From assembly GCA_963775425.1 (NCBI GenBank), contig CAVZJB010000012.1, positions 1 to 64,000 on the forward strand: a DNA stretch of 64,000 nucleotides, in the 5' to 3' direction. This DNA comes from an uncultured delta proteobacterium. GTDB taxonomy: Bacteria > Myxococcota > UBA727 > VGSZ01. The notes beneath the pieces are model-generated. The model was not told the DNA's origin and searched no databases. It worked only from the letters and a program-made list of their open reading frames with translations. The position numbers and the translations under genes were made by a program. Below, piece by piece: positions 20,631 through 30,104 of the stretch (within the stretch, counting starts at the first letter, position 1; the number at the start of each line of letters is the position of its first letter).

Positions 20631-21436
20631 GTGAAGCCGGCGTGGTTGCTGTGCATGGGCCTGCTCTCCGCGGGTTGCGATACACCCTCGCCTGCGGGAG
20701 CGACGACGCCTGCCCGCTTTCCGACCGCTGCGAGGGCGGCGCTGCGTCTCGCTGCTGGAGCTGGGTGAAGGAGAAGGCGAGGGCGAGGGCGAGGGCGATC
20801 TCGATCTCGGTCTGATCGCCGGCTGGACCTTCGAGGACGTGGGGCAGACGCTCGTCGACGTCTCGGGCAACGGCAACGACGCCGTCCGCGGGTCGGCGTC
20901 GAGGCCGCGGACCCGTCGTTTTCGACGGCCCGCGGGGACGTGTGCACCGGCTCGGCGCTGCTCTTCGACGGCGTGAACGCCATCGCGACGGTTCCGGGCC
21001 AGAGTCGTTGCGTCCGCGCACCTTCGGCGGCGGCGGCCTCGGCCGGATCATCACCAAGGAGACGGGCAGCCACGCGCTCACCGTAGAGGTCAAGCAGGGC
21101 GACAGCGCCGTAGCGGTCAACCTCTTCAACACGGCGGACACGCTGTTTGCGACCTTCGGCGTCGGCGTGGTCCTCGACGAGCGGGCGAGCTGGGTGATCA
21201 CGTACGACGACGGCGGCGATCGCCTGGTGCACGTGTTCAAGGACGGCGCGGAGGCCGGCTATTCGCGCCGCGACGTCGTCGTCGGGACGCCGCGCGCGAC
21301 GACCAACCCGTGGCTGATCGGCAACGAGGGCCAGGGCGTGCGCGGGCTCGACGGCGCCATCGACGACGTGCGCATCTACGACCGCGTGCTCAGCGACGCG
21401 GAGATCGCCGCGCCCTCCGCCGCCTGCCCGCCGTAA
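20631..21436 (+). pseudogene. Disrupted LamG/concanavalin-like lipoprotein (several frameshifts and an apparent internal deletion)
   Basis: Pieces in different frames: VKPAWLLCMGLLSAGC; GEGEGEGEGEGDLDLGLIAGWTFED...DVSGNGNDA; SALLFDGVN; RPRTFGGGGLGRII...LDGAIDDVRIYDRVLSDAEI. Confidence 0.65.
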
Positions 21437-21500
21437 CCTCGACGCGGCGCCCATCGAAGCCGCGTCGGGGCGGTGCGCGTCGACCGCGCTGACGACGAGA

Positions 21501-21523
21501 GGCGGGGACGAGCCCCCGCCTAC
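21501..21523 (-). repeat. GTAG-type REP-like palindrome
   Basis: Minus strand GTAGGCGGGGGCTCGTCCCCGCC; related copies at 25169, 25214 and 49969. Confidence 0.6.
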
Positions 21524-21752
21524 GACGTCGTGAATCGCGTTCCACCGCCCGGTGCCCGCGTCGCCGCGCCGTGGTCGGAAGAGGTTTCACGGCGGCGAGC
21601 GGTCAAGCCCCCAACAAGGGGCGCGGCGGAGGCGGCCGCCGCAGTCTGCTGCGAGGCCGGCTCCGCCGCGTCTTTCGGATCGCGTCGGTGGGGCGGCGGG
21701 CGCGTGCTGCGTGAGCGCGAGCTCCGCGTGCGGGCCCCCGAAGCCGCGGCCA

Positions 21753-21817
21753 TCAAGCCCGGGGGGCCCACGCGAAGCGTGGGGGGCCCGGAGGGCCCCG
21801 CGCGAAGCGCGCGAGGA
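21753..21817. repeat. Paired GCGAAGC-loop hairpins between convergent genes (terminator-like or repeat element)
   Basis: CCCCACGCGAAGCGTGGGG and CGCGCGAAGCGCGCG immediately beyond the stop of the 21818 gene. Confidence 0.4.
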
Positions 21818-22387
21818 TCACGCCTCCGCGGGCTGGGCGGGCTCGACGTTGATGATGGTGATGGGGCCGGCGTCGGTCTCGACGGTCTCCACGCGCCCGG
21901 CCTTGTTCTTGCGCTTGCCGAGAAGGTGGGTGACCTCCCAGACGGGCCCGGCGACGAAGGCCAGGGGGTCGTCGGCGAAGGCGGGGGCCTTCTTTTCGAA
22001 CAGCCCGTGGCCGATGAAGTTCAGCACCCAGCCGGCCGAGAAGGACGTCGCCGACAGGAACCAGAGCGGCCGGTAGGGGTTGAACAAGAGGAGCCCGGCC
22101 GAGCCCCCGACGATCAAGGGGATGCCGATGACGTGCAGGGTGCGGTTGGCGTCGTTTTCGTGGGTCTTTCGGTAGAAATCGACGGCGGCGCGCCACCGCT
22201 CCTCGAGGCCTCCCTGGAAGTCCGGGTGGGCATTTCGCCAATCCCGCTCCAGGCCCGAGATGCCTTTGCCAAAGAGCGCGAGCCCCGTGAGCTTGCGCCC
22301 CGCCAGCACGCCGAGCATGCCCCCCACGGTGGTGACGACGTTCCTGCTCTTTTCGTCGGGCATGAGGTCGGTGAAGGTCTTGAGCAT
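21818..22387 (-). CDS. DUF962/Mpo1-like membrane protein
   Basis: HENDANRTLHVIGIP and NFIGHGLFEKKAPAF motifs; GGAGG RBS. Confidence 0.85.
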   Translation of the reverse strand: MLKTFTDLMPDEKSRNVVTTVGGMLGVLAGRKLTGLALFGKGISGLERDWRNAHPDFQGGLEERWRAAVDFYRKTHENDANRTLHVIGIPLIVGGSAGLLLFNPYRPLWFLSATSFSAGWVLNFIGHGLFEKKAPAFADDPLAFVAGPVWEVTHLLGKRKNKAGRVETVETDAGPITIINVEPAQPAEA

Positions 22388-22426
22388 GGGGCCCTCCTGC
22401 CCCCCAGTGTAGGGAGTGAACGCAGG

Positions 22427-22480
22427 TTGACACAGCCGGGGGTCCTCTCTAGATCAGACCCTGACGTTCACGTAAGGGTC
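22427..22480 (+). promoter_or_regulatory. Sigma70-like promoter and MerR-type palindromic operator upstream of the merR-isc operon
   Basis: TTGACA 22427-22432, 17 bp spacer, TAGATC 22450-22455, then dyad GACCCTgACGTtcACGTaAGGGTC 22457-22480. Confidence 0.65.
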
Positions 22481-22486
22481 AGAGTC

Positions 22487-22999
22487 ATGCTGGTCCAGCT
22501 CAAGCACCCACCCGGCACCGATCTGCGGATCGGGGACCTCGCGAAGGCGACGGGCAAGAGCCAGCGTGCGCTCCGGCTGTACGAAGAGCTCGGCCTGCTG
22601 ACGCCGGGGACACGAACGGCCGGTGGCTTCCGCGTGTACGGCCACGATTCGATCGAACGGGTGACCTGGATCGGCAAGCTCCAGGAGCTCGGCTTCACCC
22701 TTCAGCAGATCCACGAGCTGCTGCCGGCGGCGGGCGCGCCCAAGGAGGCGATGGCGCGAGTGCGCCGCGTCTTCGCGGACAAGCAGGCGGAGGTCGCGCG
22801 CCAGATCGAGCGGCTCGCGGAGCTGCAGCAGGAGCTCTCGTCGTCGCTCGCGTACCTCGAGACGTGCGTGGAGCAGTGCTGCGACGACGCCTGCAGCTCG
22901 TGCCACACGCACGACGCCAAAGCCCCCTCGCTCGTGGAAGCTCTCACCCGTAAGCCCACCGAGGCCGCTCTCTCCGATCGCAAAGGCCCCAACGCATGA
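22487..22999 (+). CDS. MerR-family transcriptional regulator with Cys-rich C-terminus
   Basis: [26 protein letters not shown]...[12 protein letters not shown]; coiled coil; [16 protein letters not shown]; ATGA overlap with iscS. Confidence 0.9.
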   Translation: MLVQLKHPPGTDLRIGDLAKATGKSQRALRLYEELGLLTPGTRTAGGFRVYGHDSIERVTWIGKLQELGFTLQQIHELLPAAGAPKEAMARVRRVFADKQAEVARQIERLAELQQELSSSLAYLETCVEQCCDDACSSCHTHDAKAPSLVEALTRKPTEAALSDRKGPNA

Positions 23000-24207
23000 A
23001 GACCCCGATCTACATGGACAACCACGCCACCACGGCCATGGACCCGCGCGTCCTCGAGGCGATGCTGCCGACGTTCACCAAGGTGTTCGGCAACGCCGCG
23101 TCGCGCAACCACAGCTTCGGCTGGGAGGCGGAGAAGCTCGTCGACAAGGGGCGCGACCAGGTCGCGAGCATCATCGGGGCGTCCGCCAAGGAGATCATCT
23201 TCACGTCGGGCGCCACCGAGTCCAACAACCTCGCCATCAAGGGCGCCGCCCACTTCTACCAGGAGAAGGGCAAGCACATCATCACGTCCAGGATCGAGCA
23301 CAAGGCCACCATCGACTCCTGCCGCGCGCTCGAGATGGAGGGCTACGAGGTCACCTACCTCGACCCGCAGAAGGACGGGATCACCTCGGCGGAGCAGGTG
23401 GAGGCGGCCCTTCGTCCCGACACCGTGCTCGTGACGTTGATGGCGGCCAACAACGAGATCGGCACGCTCAACCCCATCGCCGACATCGGCGCCGTCACCC
23501 GGAAGCACGGCGTGCTCTTCCATACCGACGCGGTGCAGGCCGTGGGCAAGGTCCCCGTCGACGTCAACGCGGCCAACGTCGACCTGTTGAGCATGAGCGC
23601 GCACAAGATCTACGGGCCCAAGGGCGTCGGCGCGCTCTACGTGCGCCGCAAGCCGCGCGTGCGCCTCACGCCCATCATCGACGGCGGCGGCCACGAGCGC
23701 GGGCTGCGCTCGGGCACGCTCAACGTCCCCGGCATCGTCGGCCTCGGCGTCGCCTGCGAGATCGCGCAGCAGGACATGGCGGCGGAGGCGGTACGGCTGC
23801 GCGCGCTGCGCGACCGCCTGCTCGAGAAGCTGCAGGTGCTCCCCGAGGTGCACGTGAACGGCTCGCTGGACAAGCGGCTGCCCGGAAACCTCAACGTGAG
23901 CTTCGCGTACGTCGAGGGCGAGAGCTGCCTGATGGCGCTCAACAAGGTCGTGGCGGTGTCGTCCGGGTCGGCGTGTACGTCGGCGTCGCTCGAGCCGAGC
24001 TACGTCCTGCGCGCCCTCGGCCTCGGCGACGACCTCGCGCACTCCTCGATTCGTTTCGGCCTGGGACGCTTCAACACCGAGGAGGAAGTCGACTTCGTCG
24101 CCGACCTCGTGGTGAAGAACGTGGCGCGGCTCCGCGAGCTGTCGCCGCTTTGGGAGATGTACCAGGAAGGCGTGGACTTGAAGTCGGTTCAGTGGGCGGC
24201 TCACTAG
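22996..24207 (+). CDS. iscS: Cysteine desulfurase IscS
   Basis: IYMDNHATT; [10 protein letters not shown] (PLP Lys); [17 protein letters not shown]; C-terminal [21 protein letters not shown]. Confidence 0.97.
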   Translation: MKTPIYMDNHATTAMDPRVLEAMLPTFTKVFGNAASRNHSFGWEAEKLVDKGRDQVASIIGASAKEIIFTSGATESNNLAIKGAAHFYQEKGKHIITSRIEHKATIDSCRALEMEGYEVTYLDPQKDGITSAEQVEAALRPDTVLVTLMAANNEIGTLNPIADIGAVTRKHGVLFHTDAVQAVGKVPVDVNAANVDLLSMSAHKIYGPKGVGALYVRRKPRVRLTPIIDGGGHERGLRSGTLNVPGIVGLGVACEIAQQDMAAEAVRLRALRDRLLEKLQVLPEVHVNGSLDKRLPGNLNVSFAYVEGESCLMALNKVVAVSSGSACTSASLEPSYVLRALGLGDDLAHSSIRFGLGRFNTEEEVDFVADLVVKNVARLRELSPLWEMYQEGVDLKSVQWAAH

Positions 24208-24229
24208 CTTTCGTGCTTTGGAGAAGAAC

Positions 24230-24757
24230 ATGGCGTACAGCGACAAGGTCATCGATCACTACGAGAAGCCGCGGAACGTCGGCTCGCTCGACAAGAACGA
24301 CCCCAACGTCGGCACCGGCCTCGTCGGCGCGCCCGCGTGCGGCGACGTGATGAAGCTCCAGCTCAAGATCAACGACGAGGGCGTCATCGAGGACGCCAAG
24401 TTCAAGACCTTCGGCTGCGGCTCCGCCATCGCTTCGTCGTCGCTGGTGACGGAGTGGGTGAAGGGCAAGAGCGTCGACGACGCGGGCAAGATCAAGAACT
24501 CGCAGATCGCCGAGGAGCTCTCGCTGCCGCCGGTGAAGATCCACTGCTCGGTGCTCGCGGAGGACGCCGTCAAGGCGGCCATCTACGACTACAAGCTCAA
24601 GAAGGGCCTGCTCGAGCCCGACGAGGTCTTCGAGCACGACCTCTCCCTCGCCAAGGCCAACCGCAAGGAAGGCGAGACCGACGACGAGGTCGAGGCGCGC
24701 GTGAAGGCCGGCGTGGACGCGTACGCCAAGCGGCGCGCCGGAGGTACGGCGGCATGA
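24230..24757 (+). CDS. iscU: Fe-S cluster scaffold IscU with C-terminal extension
   Basis: MAYSDKVIDHYEKPRNVG; GAPACGDVM; FGCGSAIASSS; LPPVKIHCS. Confidence 0.96.
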   Translation: MAYSDKVIDHYEKPRNVGSLDKNDPNVGTGLVGAPACGDVMKLQLKINDEGVIEDAKFKTFGCGSAIASSSLVTEWVKGKSVDDAGKIKNSQIAEELSLPPVKIHCSVLAEDAVKAAIYDYKLKKGLLEPDEVFEHDLSLAKANRKEGETDDEVEARVKAGVDAYAKRRAGGTAA

Positions 24758-25161
24758 GCGGCCTGACGTCCATCGGCACCCGGTCTTCGAAGAAGGCCGA
24801 GGAGCAAAAGGGCCCTGGGATCGTCGTGGCCAAGGACCAGCTCGGCGTCACCGAGAAGGCCGCGCAGAAGATCGGCCAGATCGCGGAGCGCGAGGGCAAG
24901 GCCGGCCAGGTCTTGCGCGTGGGCATCCAGGGCGGCGGCTGCTCCGGCCTGAGCTACACCTTCTCGTTCACGTCGCAGCCCGAGGGCCGCGACAAGGTCT
25001 TCGAGGCCTACGGCGCCAAGGTCTGCGTGGACCCCAAGTCCATGATCTACCTCGGCGGCACCGTCCTCGACTGGCAGGAGTCGCTGATGAAGTCGGGGTT
25101 CGTCCTGAAGAACCCCAACGAGGTCAAGAGCTGCTCCTGCGGCGAGTCCTTCAGCATCTAG
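24754..25161 (+). CDS. iscA: A-type Fe-S carrier (IscA/HesB family)
   Basis: GGGCSGLSY and NPNEVKSCSCGESFS; ATGA overlap with iscU. Confidence 0.92.
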   Translation: MSGLTSIGTRSSKKAEEQKGPGIVVAKDQLGVTEKAAQKIGQIAEREGKAGQVLRVGIQGGGCSGLSYTFSFTSQPEGRDKVFEAYGAKVCVDPKSMIYLGGTVLDWQESLMKSGFVLKNPNEVKSCSCGESFSI

Positions 25162-25168
25162 CGCCCGC

Positions 25169-25229
25169 GTAGGGCGGGGGCTTGTCCCCCGCGTCGGGGC
25201 CCCCGCGTCGGCCGGGGGCTCGTCCCCGC
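25169..25229 (+). repeat. Two REP-like palindromes (one full GTAG-type, one partial)
   Basis: GTAGGGCGGGGGCTTGTCCCCCGC at 25169-25192 and GGGGGCTCGTCCCCGC at 25214-25229. Confidence 0.55.
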
Positions 25230-25518
25230 TTCCTCGTGGTACGGACCGCGCCGGCCGCCGGCTTCACCCCTCGAGCGCGCCCTCGATGCTCCCGGCGAGC
25301 GCGGGAGACGCGGCCGCGACGATCAGGGGCGGCGACGAGGTGGTCCTTCACGCGGCGCCGTGTGCCACCAGGTCGGCGCGCATCGGTCGATCTCCCGACG
25401 AACGCCCGCCGCCGAGCAAGCGCTCGCGGTGGCGCAGCGGCGCGTCGACGTCGCCTCGCGTTGAGCGCGCCGGCCGTCGAGGGGGATGCCCGACGCGCAG
25501 TTCATGCGATCTTGACCC

Positions 25519-25614
25519 GTGGCCTTCCACCTGCTGCAGAACCTCGCGAAGCTCACCGCCTGAAGTCCGCGCCGACGTGCCTCGCCACGTACTCCGCGCG
25601 GCGAGCCACAGCCT
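25519..25614 (+). mobile_element. Right-end remnant of an IS1182-like element
   Basis: 42 bp (25568-25609) is identical to the reverse complement of 49713-49754; terminal CAGCCT; preceded by a possible transposase tail VAFHLLQNLAKLTA-stop. Confidence 0.65.
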
Positions 25615-25615
25615 T

Positions 25616-27358
25616 TCAGCCGTGCGTCGGGCCTCGTGTGGCCAGAGGAGCCGCGAGCCATGCGTCGATGCGCTTGTCGAGCACGTCGAGCGGGAGGGCG
25701 CCTTCGAGCAGGACCGCGTCGTGGAACTCACCCAGGTTGAAGCGCGCGCCGAGCTTCTTCTCCGCGCGCGCCCGCAGCGCCTTCAGCTCGAGCTGGCCGA
25801 TCTTGTACGCGAGCGCCTGCCCGGGCCACACGATGTAGCGGTCGACCTCGTTTTCGACGTCGAGGCGCGTCTTGGGCGTGTTCTCGAGGAAATAGTCGAT
25901 CGCCTTCTGTCGCGACCACCCCTCGGCGTGGATGCCCGTGTCGACGACGAGCCGCACGGCGCGCCACATCTCGTAGGTGAGCTCGCCCATCTTGTCGTAG
26001 GGGTCGTCGTACAGGCCCATGTCCTCGCCGAGCGACTCGGCGTACAGACCCCAACCCTCGACGAACGCGGTGTACGACGTCGAGTAGCGCCGGAACTTCG
26101 GCAGCGTCGTCAGCTCCTGCGCCAGCGCGATCTGGATGTGGTGGCCGGGCACCGACTCGTGCAACGCCAGCGGCACCATCTCCCACTTGGGCCGCGCCTC
26201 GGGCTTGTACAGGTTGACGAAGTAGATGCCCGGGCGTGAGCCGTCGGCGGCGGGCTCGCTGTAGTAGGCGGTGGTCTGGTCGGGCGCGATGGCGTCGGGC
26301 ACGGGCTCCACGCCGTAGGGCATGCGCGGCATCGTCTTCAAGACGCGCACCAGGCGGCCGTCGATCTTCTTGGCCAGCGCGCGCGTCGACGTCAAGATCT
26401 CCTCGCCGCTCTTGGGGAAGAACCTCGGGTCCGTGCGCAGCGACGTGAAGAACGCCGAGAGCGGGCCCTTGAAGCCGACGCGCGCCTTCACCTTCTCCAT
26501 CTCGGCGCGGATGCGCGCGACCTCCTTGAGGCCGAGCGCGTGGATCTCCTCGGGGGTCTTGTTGGTCGTCGTGTGCATGCGAACCAGGAACGCGTACGTC
26601 TCCTTGCCGCCCTTGCGCGCGCCCATGCCGGGGACGTCGGGGCACGCGGGCAGGTACTCGCCCTCGACGACGGCGAGCCACTTCTTCAATGACGGGACCA
26701 CGCTGTGCAGCACGAGCTTCTTGCCGGCCGCCTGCAAACGGTGCTGCGCCGCCGGCGGGATGGAGTCGGGCATGCGCAGGAACGGCGCGTAGAACGAGCT
26801 CTTGCCGGCGTCGTCGACGATCTGCGCCTTGATCTGCGCCGGCACGCGCGCCACCGCCGCCTTCGCCTGCATCCACTGCTCCGCCTTCCCCTCGCGCAAC
26901 AGCGCGATGTTCTGGTCCACGAGCGCGGGGAACGCGCGCAGGCGCGCGAGCCAGTCGTCGTAGTCCTTCACCGTGTCGAAGCGCAGCGCGGCCACGAGCT
27001 GGTCCTGCGAGTGGACGCCGCCCATCTGGTCCACCGCGAGCAGCCAGAGCTTGTGCTCGAAGATGCCGTGGCGCACGGCGAGCATGTCGGCGAAGAGGTC
27101 CGCGTTGAGCTTGTCCTCGTCGGACAGCGTGCTCTTGTCGATGCGCGCGAGCGCTGCGGCGGTGGCGTCGTCCTCCTTGGCGCGCGCGGTGATGGCGGCG
27201 ACGGACATGTCCGGCCACTTGTCGTTGTAGCGGCGGTCGCCGAGGTACGACGCCGAGACCGGGTCTTCGCGGAGCTGGCGCTCCCAGTCCTTGTCGAAGA
27301 GGGCGTGGAGCTGATCCGCGGAGCTGAGCGTGGCGACGAAGAATGCGAGGGAAAGCAT
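25616..27358 (-). CDS. DUF885 family protein (secreted, metallopeptidase-like)
   Basis: [57 protein letters not shown]. Confidence 0.92.
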   Translation of the reverse strand: MLSLAFFVATLSSADQLHALFDKDWERQLREDPVSASYLGDRRYNDKWPDMSVAAITARAKEDDATAAALARIDKSTLSDEDKLNADLFADMLAVRHGIFEHKLWLLAVDQMGGVHSQDQLVAALRFDTVKDYDDWLARLRAFPALVDQNIALLREGKAEQWMQAKAAVARVPAQIKAQIVDDAGKSSFYAPFLRMPDSIPPAAQHRLQAAGKKLVLHSVVPSLKKWLAVVEGEYLPACPDVPGMGARKGGKETYAFLVRMHTTTNKTPEEIHALGLKEVARIRAEMEKVKARVGFKGPLSAFFTSLRTDPRFFPKSGEEILTSTRALAKKIDGRLVRVLKTMPRMPYGVEPVPDAIAPDQTTAYYSEPAADGSRPGIYFVNLYKPEARPKWEMVPLALHESVPGHHIQIALAQELTTLPKFRRYSTSYTAFVEGWGLYAESLGEDMGLYDDPYDKMGELTYEMWRAVRLVVDTGIHAEGWSRQKAIDYFLENTPKTRLDVENEVDRYIVWPGQALAYKIGQLELKALRARAEKKLGARFNLGEFHDAVLLEGALPLDVLDKRIDAWLAAPLATRGPTHG

Positions 27359-27410
27359 CGGGCCTCCGGCGAGAGCCCCTGCTACCACGCGCGACGCCGG
27401 CGGGAGACGA

Positions 27411-27773
27411 TCACCGCATGACGCTCGGCTCGTGGGCCAGGGCGCCGCCGAGGTCGTAGGCGCCGATGGTGCCGACGGCGGCACCGGCGACGGCCCCGGC
27501 AAGCGCGCCGGCGGGGACGGCGAAGGCTTCGAAGCCTTTTCCCGCCGAGGTGTTCGCGGGGTCGGCGGCCTTTACGGCCTCGCCGAGCCCGAAGGCGATG
27601 CCGCCGCCGACGACGACGCCGATGGCCACGCCGACCGCGCCGGCGGCGCCGGCCCCGAGGCAGCGGTCGCGCTCGACGCGCGCGGCCTTCGGGTCGTCGC
27701 GCGCCGCGCCCGTGTCCAGGAGGCCGTCGACGGCGGGCCCGGAGAGGAGCAGCGTGACGACGAGCGCATGCAT
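27411..27773 (-). CDS. Small hydrophobic glycine-zipper-like membrane protein
   Basis: Signal-like N-terminus plus two Gly/Ala-rich hydrophobic segments. Confidence 0.5.
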   Translation of the reverse strand: MHALVVTLLLSGPAVDGLLDTGAARDDPKAARVERDRCLGAGAAGAVGVAIGVVVGGGIAFGLGEAVKAADPANTSAGKGFEAFAVPAGALAGAVAGAAVGTIGAYDLGGALAHEPSVMR

Positions 27774-27836
27774 GGAGTTGAAGCCTACCGCTTTGGATGC
27801 GAGAAACGAGTCGAGCGTACCGCGGGAGGCGAGTCC

Positions 27837-28079
27837 ATGGCGTCGAAGAAGGCGAAAGTCCCCGCCGGGCCCCCGGAGAAGGTCTTCAAGGCGGGGATCG
27901 CACGCGACGACGGCAGGTATCTCTACTACGTCGACAAGCAGTGCAACGTCGTGCGGATGGCACGCGGGGTCGCCAAAGCGAAGACGGAGATCATCGTCGT
28001 CACCGGTCTCAAGCGCGACAAGGGCTGGGACTACTACGTCGACGGCGAGGGTGACGTCTCGCGCGAGCCGGAGAGCTGA
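27837..28079 (+). CDS. Small protein (80 aa) with a basic N-terminus and an internal duplication; CC1-like DNA-binding candidate
   Basis: GGGAGG RBS; repeats GIARDDGRYLYYVDKQCNVVR and GLKRDKGWDYYVDGEGDVSR; TGATG coupling to the next gene. Confidence 0.7.
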   Translation: MASKKAKVPAGPPEKVFKAGIARDDGRYLYYVDKQCNVVRMARGVAKAKTEIIVVTGLKRDKGWDYYVDGEGDVSREPES

Positions 28080-28606
28080 TGACGGTCGAGGACGCGATGA
28101 ATTGGCTCGGGCGGCGCCTCTTCAGGCGCGCCGTCGGGACCGTCGTGGGCGCGCTCGCCATCGGCGGCGCCGGCGCCGCTGCGCACTACCTCTTCGGCCG
28201 GACCGACGTCACCCTCGTCGCGCTCGCGCCCGCGCGCATCACCGTCGGCGACGCCGCGTACTTCAGCCTCGCCGCGGCCGGCACGCGCGACGTCGAGCTG
28301 TCGCCGGGTCACTACGCGGTGGGCTTCGGCGACGGCAAGAGCGTCGACGTCGAGGCACGGCGCGGCGGCGGCCGGGTGCTCGTGCCGTCCCCCCGCGCGT
28401 GCGCCGTGCACCTCGCCGCCGGCGGGAGCCACGGCGTGCTCGAGGTGACCACGCCGGGCGCCCCCGTCGTCGTGGCAGACGACGCCGCCGTCGGCGTCCG
28501 CGAGGCGCTGGCCGAGCGCGCCGGCACGGCCTGGGTCGTCGTCGGCTGTGATCGCGTGAGCGCGCCCCCCGCGGCGATCTGGGCGTCGGCGCGGGAGCGC
28601 GAATGA
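28079..28606 (+). CDS. Hypothetical membrane-anchored protein
   Basis: Single N-terminal TM segment; translationally coupled on both sides. Confidence 0.6.
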   Translation: MTVEDAMNWLGRRLFRRAVGTVVGALAIGGAGAAAHYLFGRTDVTLVALAPARITVGDAAYFSLAAAGTRDVELSPGHYAVGFGDGKSVDVEARRGGGRVLVPSPRACAVHLAAGGSHGVLEVTTPGAPVVVADDAAVGVREALAERAGTAWVVVGCDRVSAPPAAIWASARERE

Positions 28607-29469
28607 CCAAGGCGCGCGCGTCCGAAGCGTTTGCGTTGCTCAAGGAGGGCCGCGAGCAAGAGGCGCGCGTCATCCTCGAAAAGATCGTGCGGGACGACAT
28701 GGCCGACGCCGCCGTGCTCGAGACGCTCGGCGACGTGCGCGAGAAGCTCGGCGACAAGGCGGGCGCCCTCGACGCGTACTCCGGCGCCGTCACCCACCTG
28801 CGCGCGCGCGGTGAGCTGCGCCGCGCGCTCGGCGTGCTCGAGCTGATGGTCCTCGTCGACAATCGCGCTCCGTGGCCTCATACCGAGGGCGCCGAGATCC
28901 GCCGCGAGATGGACGACGCCGCCGGTTGTTGGCGGGAGGTCGCCGCCGCGTGCGCCCTCCACGTCGTGCGCGGGGAGCCCAAGCAGGCGTTCGCGCTGGC
29001 GCGCGCGTTCGCCGACGACCTCCCCGAGGCCGCGCCGGCGCTCGTCGTCATGAAGAAGCTCGAGGGGGCGGGCGCCGCTGCCGCGCAGCTCAGCGTCGAG
29101 CTCGGCGACGCGCTGCGCCGGCGGGACAAGAACGACGACGCGCTCGCGCTCTACGCGCGGGCGTTGGAGCTCGCGCCGTCTTTGCGTTCGGCGCAGCACG
29201 CGCGGGCGTCGGCGCTGTTGAGCACGGGGCGGACCGCGGAGGCGCGCGTCGTCGTCGATCAGATCCTGGCCCTCGATCCGCGCGACCTCGTGGCGTTGAG
29301 CCTCCTGGAGCGCATCGCCGCGCTCGCGGGCGACGCCGCCGGCGTGCGCGACGCGCGCGAGCGCTTCGACCGGCTGTCGGCGGAGAGCGAGCCCGACTCG
29401 TTGTGGAACGAGGACACCTCGGAGCTGCGCGTCGACACCGAGGACGACCCCACGGACATCGAGCGATGA
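28603..29469 (+). CDS. TPR-repeat protein
   Basis: LETLGDVREKLGDKAGALDAY and LGDALRRRDKNDDALALYARALELAP; acidic tail. Confidence 0.75.
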   Translation: MTKARASEAFALLKEGREQEARVILEKIVRDDMADAAVLETLGDVREKLGDKAGALDAYSGAVTHLRARGELRRALGVLELMVLVDNRAPWPHTEGAEIRREMDDAAGCWREVAAACALHVVRGEPKQAFALARAFADDLPEAAPALVVMKKLEGAGAAAAQLSVELGDALRRRDKNDDALALYARALELAPSLRSAQHARASALLSTGRTAEARVVVDQILALDPRDLVALSLLERIAALAGDAAGVRDARERFDRLSAESEPDSLWNEDTSELRVDTEDDPTDIER

Positions 29470-30104
29470 CGCAAGACGGCGACAAGCGGCCGGCCAACCG
29501 GCGACCGGAGCGAGCGGCGGCGCCGGACTGCTGGTCGTGCGCGGCGCCGGTGACGGCAGGCGACGTCAAGTGCGCCGCCTGCGGCAAGGTGCAACCCGCG
29601 GGGCGCGCCACGCCCTTCGAGCGCCTCGGGCTCCCGGCCACGCTCGACATCGACGACAAGGAGCTCGAGCGCGCGTGGCTGCAGCGCTCGCGGCAGGTGC
29701 ACCCCGACCGCTTTGCGCGCGCGAGCGACGCCGAGAAGCGCTACGCCGCGGAGCAGACGGCGGCGCTCAACGACGCATATCGCGCGGTGAAGGACCCATT
29801 CGACCGCGCGTCGTGGCTCGTCGACGCGGCGCTCGGTGGCGCCACCACGGACAAGGGGGGGCTCGACCCGGCGCTCCTGGTCGAGCTCATGGAGGCGCGC
29901 GAGCGCGCCGAGGGGTCCGCCGAGGAGGCCGCGCGCGTCGTCGACGAGAGCAAGGCGCGCTTCGCGGCGCTGATGGCCTCGCTCGGGCCGGCGCTCGCCG
30001 AGCCCAGGAAGGCGGCGCGCGTGCTCGCGGAGATGAAGACGCTCGCGCGCCTCGTCGCCGACCTCGGCGGCGGCAAGCTGATCGCGACCCTGAGCGAGCG
30101 CTGA
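29466..30104 (+). CDS. hscB: Fe-S co-chaperone HscB with N-terminal tetracysteine motif
   Basis: CWSC...CAACGKVQP; J-domain HPDRF; LNDAYRAVKDPFDRA; DPALLVELMEARE. Confidence 0.88.
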   Translation: MTQDGDKRPANRRPERAAAPDCWSCAAPVTAGDVKCAACGKVQPAGRATPFERLGLPATLDIDDKELERAWLQRSRQVHPDRFARASDAEKRYAAEQTAALNDAYRAVKDPFDRASWLVDAALGGATTDKGGLDPALLVELMEARERAEGSAEEAARVVDESKARFAALMASLGPALAEPRKAARVLAEMKTLARLVADLGGGKLIATLSER

